From Mizuhopecten yessoensis (taxonomy: Eukaryota): 64,000 nt of DNA. Numbering within the stretch: the stretch's first letter is position 1; each line of letters starts with the position of its first letter. Below, one piece after another: positions 60,347 to 64,000 of this stretch. The notes below the pieces were generated by a model that saw nothing but the letters and a program-made list of their open reading frames with translations, was not told the origin of the DNA and ran no database searches. The position numbers and the translations under genes were made by a program. Location: contig NW_018404058.1 of NCBI RefSeq assembly GCF_002113885.1, forward strand, positions 726,860 to 790,859, in the 5' to 3' direction.

Positions 60347-61352
60347 TGCAAAGTTTTAGAATGAAAATGGTATTTTTTTCAGGATTCAGCTTAAACAAAC
60401 TCACCATAACCAATTTGAACAAATAGAAGAACGAAATTTCAATTTTCGGTGCTGATCTTTACAATGTGACTAACGTGTTTCATTCGCCTGAGAAAATATT
60501 ATGACATCTTACTTTGATTGGTGAGATTTTATCCACATGTATGAAGTTAACAAATAGTATCTACCCCAAGGGTGACAATCACAGTTTCAAAACTACAAGT
60601 TATCTCCCCTACATCGCTGATAATACCAGCATTTCAAAGAAATGTTCAAACACTTGGCTTTTAATAAATCATATGAACTTTTTTCATTCATTTATTTTCG
60701 CTTGTGTTGCATTTTCAGCAATAAAAAATAAAATTGGAATTTGAAGTATGTGTATACATATAGAAACTTAGTAGCATCGTATACACTTCCTGCAGACATG
60801 TTTATTTTCTTTATTATTTTTCTATAGTGTTTATTATGTGAACCGAAATAAGTTCTTTGTCATTTGTTAGCTTATCAATGTTAGTTATATCAGTATAGAG
60901 TTGATTTATATACATATGATTACCTAAATCGCTTACTGAACAGTTTGCCTATGTCCGAACCCTTTTTTGCTATTTGTATAATAGACTGTTGCTCATTGTT
61001 AAGCAAAAGAAACAAATAGCATGTTGATTGAGCAATTACTATTGATAAAGGAATTATCAAGTTCTTGCAATACTCTTTACTCATGATGCATGTTTAAGGA
61101 AATCAAAGTATGTTGATTGTATTTAAGAAATAGTTTTTATAAACATCAAACAACAAATTTACCGAAGTATCAACAAAACCATAATTCGAACTCAAAATCA
61201 ATAAAACTGTGAACAAGTAAGGGGGTTAAGACCAGGGTTTCCGGAAGGGTAAGCTCCTTTTGCTTTATCAAGAACACCCGGGGATGTAAATCTAGGTGAA
61301 ATACAAGTGATGTCGGGCACGAGAACTGTAGTAGTGACTGAACAATCCTCAG

Positions 61353-64000
61353 CCTTCACATCGCACGATGAATCTGTGGAAACCCTGTGTTGTACGTTTG
61401 TTTTCTTCACATCGCACAATGAATCTTTGTAAACCCTGTGTTGTACATTTGTTTCCTTCACATCGCACGATGAATCTTTGTAAACCCTGTGTTGTACGTT
61501 TGTTTCCTTCACATCGCACAATGAATCTGTGGAAACCCTGTGTTGTACGTTTGTTTCCTTCACATCGCACGATGAATCTTTGGAAACCCTGTGTTGTACG
61601 TTTGTTTCCTTCACATCGCACAATGAATCTTTGGAAACCCTGTGTTGTACGTTTGTTTCCTTCACATCGCACGATGAATCTTTGGAAACCCTGTGTTGTA
61701 CGTTTGTTTCCTTCACATCGCACAATGAATCTTTGGAAACCCTGTGTTGTACGTTTGTTTCCTTCACATCGCACGATGAATCTTTGGAAACCCTGTGTTG
61801 TACGTTTGTTTCCTTCACATCGCACGATGAATCTTTGGAAACCCTGTGTTGTACGTTTGTTTCCTTCACATCGCACAATGAATCTTTGGAAACCCTGTGT
61901 TGTACGTTTGTTTCCTTCACATCGCACGATGAATCTTTGGAAACCCTGTGTTGTACGTTTGTTTCCTTCACATCGCACGATGAATCTTTGGAAACCCTGT
62001 GTTGTACGTTTGTTTCCTTCACATCGCACAATGAATCTTTGGAAACCCTGTGTTGTACGTTTGTTTCCTTCACATCGCACGATGAATCTGTGGAAACCCT
62101 TTGTTGTACGCTTGTTTCCTTCACATCGCACAATGAATCTGTGGAAACCCTGTGTTGTACGTTTGTTTCCTTCACATCGCACAATGAATCTTTGGAAACC
62201 CTGTGTTGTACGTTTGTTTCCTTCACATCGCACGATGAATCTTTGGAAACCCTGTGTTGTACGTTTGTTTCCTTCACATCGCACAATGAATCTTTGGAAA
62301 CCCTGTGTTGTACGTTTGTTTCCTTCACATCGCACGATGAATCTTTGGAAACCCTGTGTTGTACGTTTGTTTCCTTCACATCGCACAATGAATCTTTGGA
62401 AACCCTGTGTTGTACGTTTGTTTCCTTCACATCGCACGATGAATCTTTGGAAACCCTGTGTTGTACGTTTGTTTCCTTCACATCGCACAATGAATCTTTG
62501 GAAACCCTGTGTTGTACGTTTGTTTCCTTCACATCGCACGATGAATCTTTGGAAACCCTGTGTTGTACGTTTGTTTCCTTCACATCGCACAATGAATCTT
62601 TGGAAACCCTGTGTTGTACGTTTGTTTCCTTCACATCGCACGATGAATCTTTGGAAACCCTGTGTTGTACGTTTGTTTCCTTCACATCGCACAATGAATC
62701 TTTGGAAACCCTGTGTTGTACGTTTGTTTCCTTCACATCGCACGATGAATCTTTGGAAACCCTGTGTTGTACGTTTGTTTCCTTCACATCGCACAATGAA
62801 TCTTTGGAAACCCTGTGTTGTACGTTTGTTTCCTTCACATCGCACGATGAATCTTTGGAAACCCTGTGTTGTACGTTTGTTTCCTTCACATCGCACAATG
62901 AATCTTTGGAAACCCTGTGTTGTACGTTTGTTTCCTTCACATCGCACGATGAATCTTTGGAAACCCTGTGTTGTACGTTTGTTTCCTTCACATCGCACAA
63001 TGAATCTTTGGAAACCCTGTGTTGTACGTTTGTTTCCTTCACATCGCACGATGAATCTTTGGAAACCCTGTGTTGTACGTTTGTTTCCTTCACATCGCAC
63101 AATGAATCTTTGGAAACCCTGTGTTGTACGTTTGTTTCCTTCACATCGCACGATGAATCTTTGGAAACCCTGTGTTGTACGTTTGTTTCCTTCACATCGC
63201 ACAATGAATCTTTGGAAACCCTGTGTTGTACGTTTGTTTCCTTCACATCGCACGATGAATCTTTGGAAACCCTGTGTTGTACGTTTGTTTCCTTCACATC
63301 GCACAATGAATCTTTGGAAACCCTGTGTTGTACGTTTGTTTCCTTCACATCGCACGATGAATCTTTGGAAACCCTGTGTTGTACGTTTGTTTCCTTCACA
63401 TCGCACAATGAATCTTTGGAAACCCTGTGTTGTACGTTTGTTTCCTTCACATCGCACGATGAATCTTTGGAAACCCTGTGTTGTACGTTTGTTTCCTTCA
63501 CATCGCACAATGAATCTTTGGAAACCCTGTGTTGTACGTTTGTTTCCTTCACATCGCACGATGAATCTTTGGAAACCCTGTGTTGTACGTTTGTTTCCTT
63601 CACATCGCACAATGAATCTTTGGAAACCCTGTGTTGTACGTTTGTTTCCTTCACATCGCACGATGAATCTTTGGAAACCCTGTGTTGTACGTTTGTTTCC
63701 TTCACATCGCACAATGAATCTTTGGAAACCCTGTGTTGTACGTTTGTTTCCTTCACATCGCACGATGAATCTTTGGAAACCCTGTGTTGTACGTTTGTTT
63801 CCTTCACATCGCACGATGAATCTTTGGAAACCCTGTGTTGTACGTTTGTTTCCTTCACATCGCACAATGAATCTTTGGAAACCCTGTGTTGTACGTTTGT
63901 TTCCTTCACATCGCACGATGAATCTTTGGAAACCCTGTGTTGTACGTTTGTTTCCTTCACATCGCACAATGAATCTTTGGAAACCCTGTGTTGTACGTTT
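61353..64000. repeat. Minisatellite, 51-bp unit with 102-bp higher-order dimer (>50 copies); runs off the right edge
   Basis: ccttcacatcgcac(g/a)atgaatctttggaaaccctgtgttgtacgtttgttt with alternating g/a. Confidence 0.95.

Noticed and set aside
1-64000. CRISPR arrays or prokaryotic defence systems
   Set aside because: Repeats are head-to-tail with no unique spacers, no cas genes are present, and the DNA is spliceosomal-intron eukaryotic.

Overview
AT-rich, intron-containing animal DNA, most likely from a bivalve mollusc (inferred from the repeat families and gene style). It is not prokaryotic, so most entries in the ORF track are artefacts. Three protein-coding loci are supported. (1) The 5' end of RECQL4 lies on the minus strand: three small coding exons spell the Sld2-like N-terminus, the ORF track misses them, and a probable non-coding first exon lies near 14.55 kb. 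(2) A complete 12-exon plasma-membrane-type Na+/H+ exchanger (SLC9A/NHE, about 958 aa) lies on the plus strand at 17960-39088. (3) A single-coding-exon uncharacterised protein of about 384 aa lies on the minus strand at 48508-49662. About 25 kb (roughly 40%) of the window is made of at least 17 mutually unrelated minisatellite arrays. It also holds a 5'-truncated CR1/L2-group LINE, Helentron-type elements and several MITEs. The most striking observation is inside the NHE gene, where several minisatellites are tandem amplifications of the gene's own splice junctions. They create arrays of 10 to about 29 frame-preserving candidate micro-exons or alternative splice sites at exon 6 (acceptor) and exon 10 (donor), and an array supplies the exon 3 acceptor itself. 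Other notable arrays are a 5S-rRNA-derived minisatellite sitting next to its unexpanded progenitor, and an array of about 95 units carrying CRE palindromes in a RECQL4 intron. All coordinates, unit lengths and copy numbers were read by eye, and no splicing event can be confirmed without RNA data.
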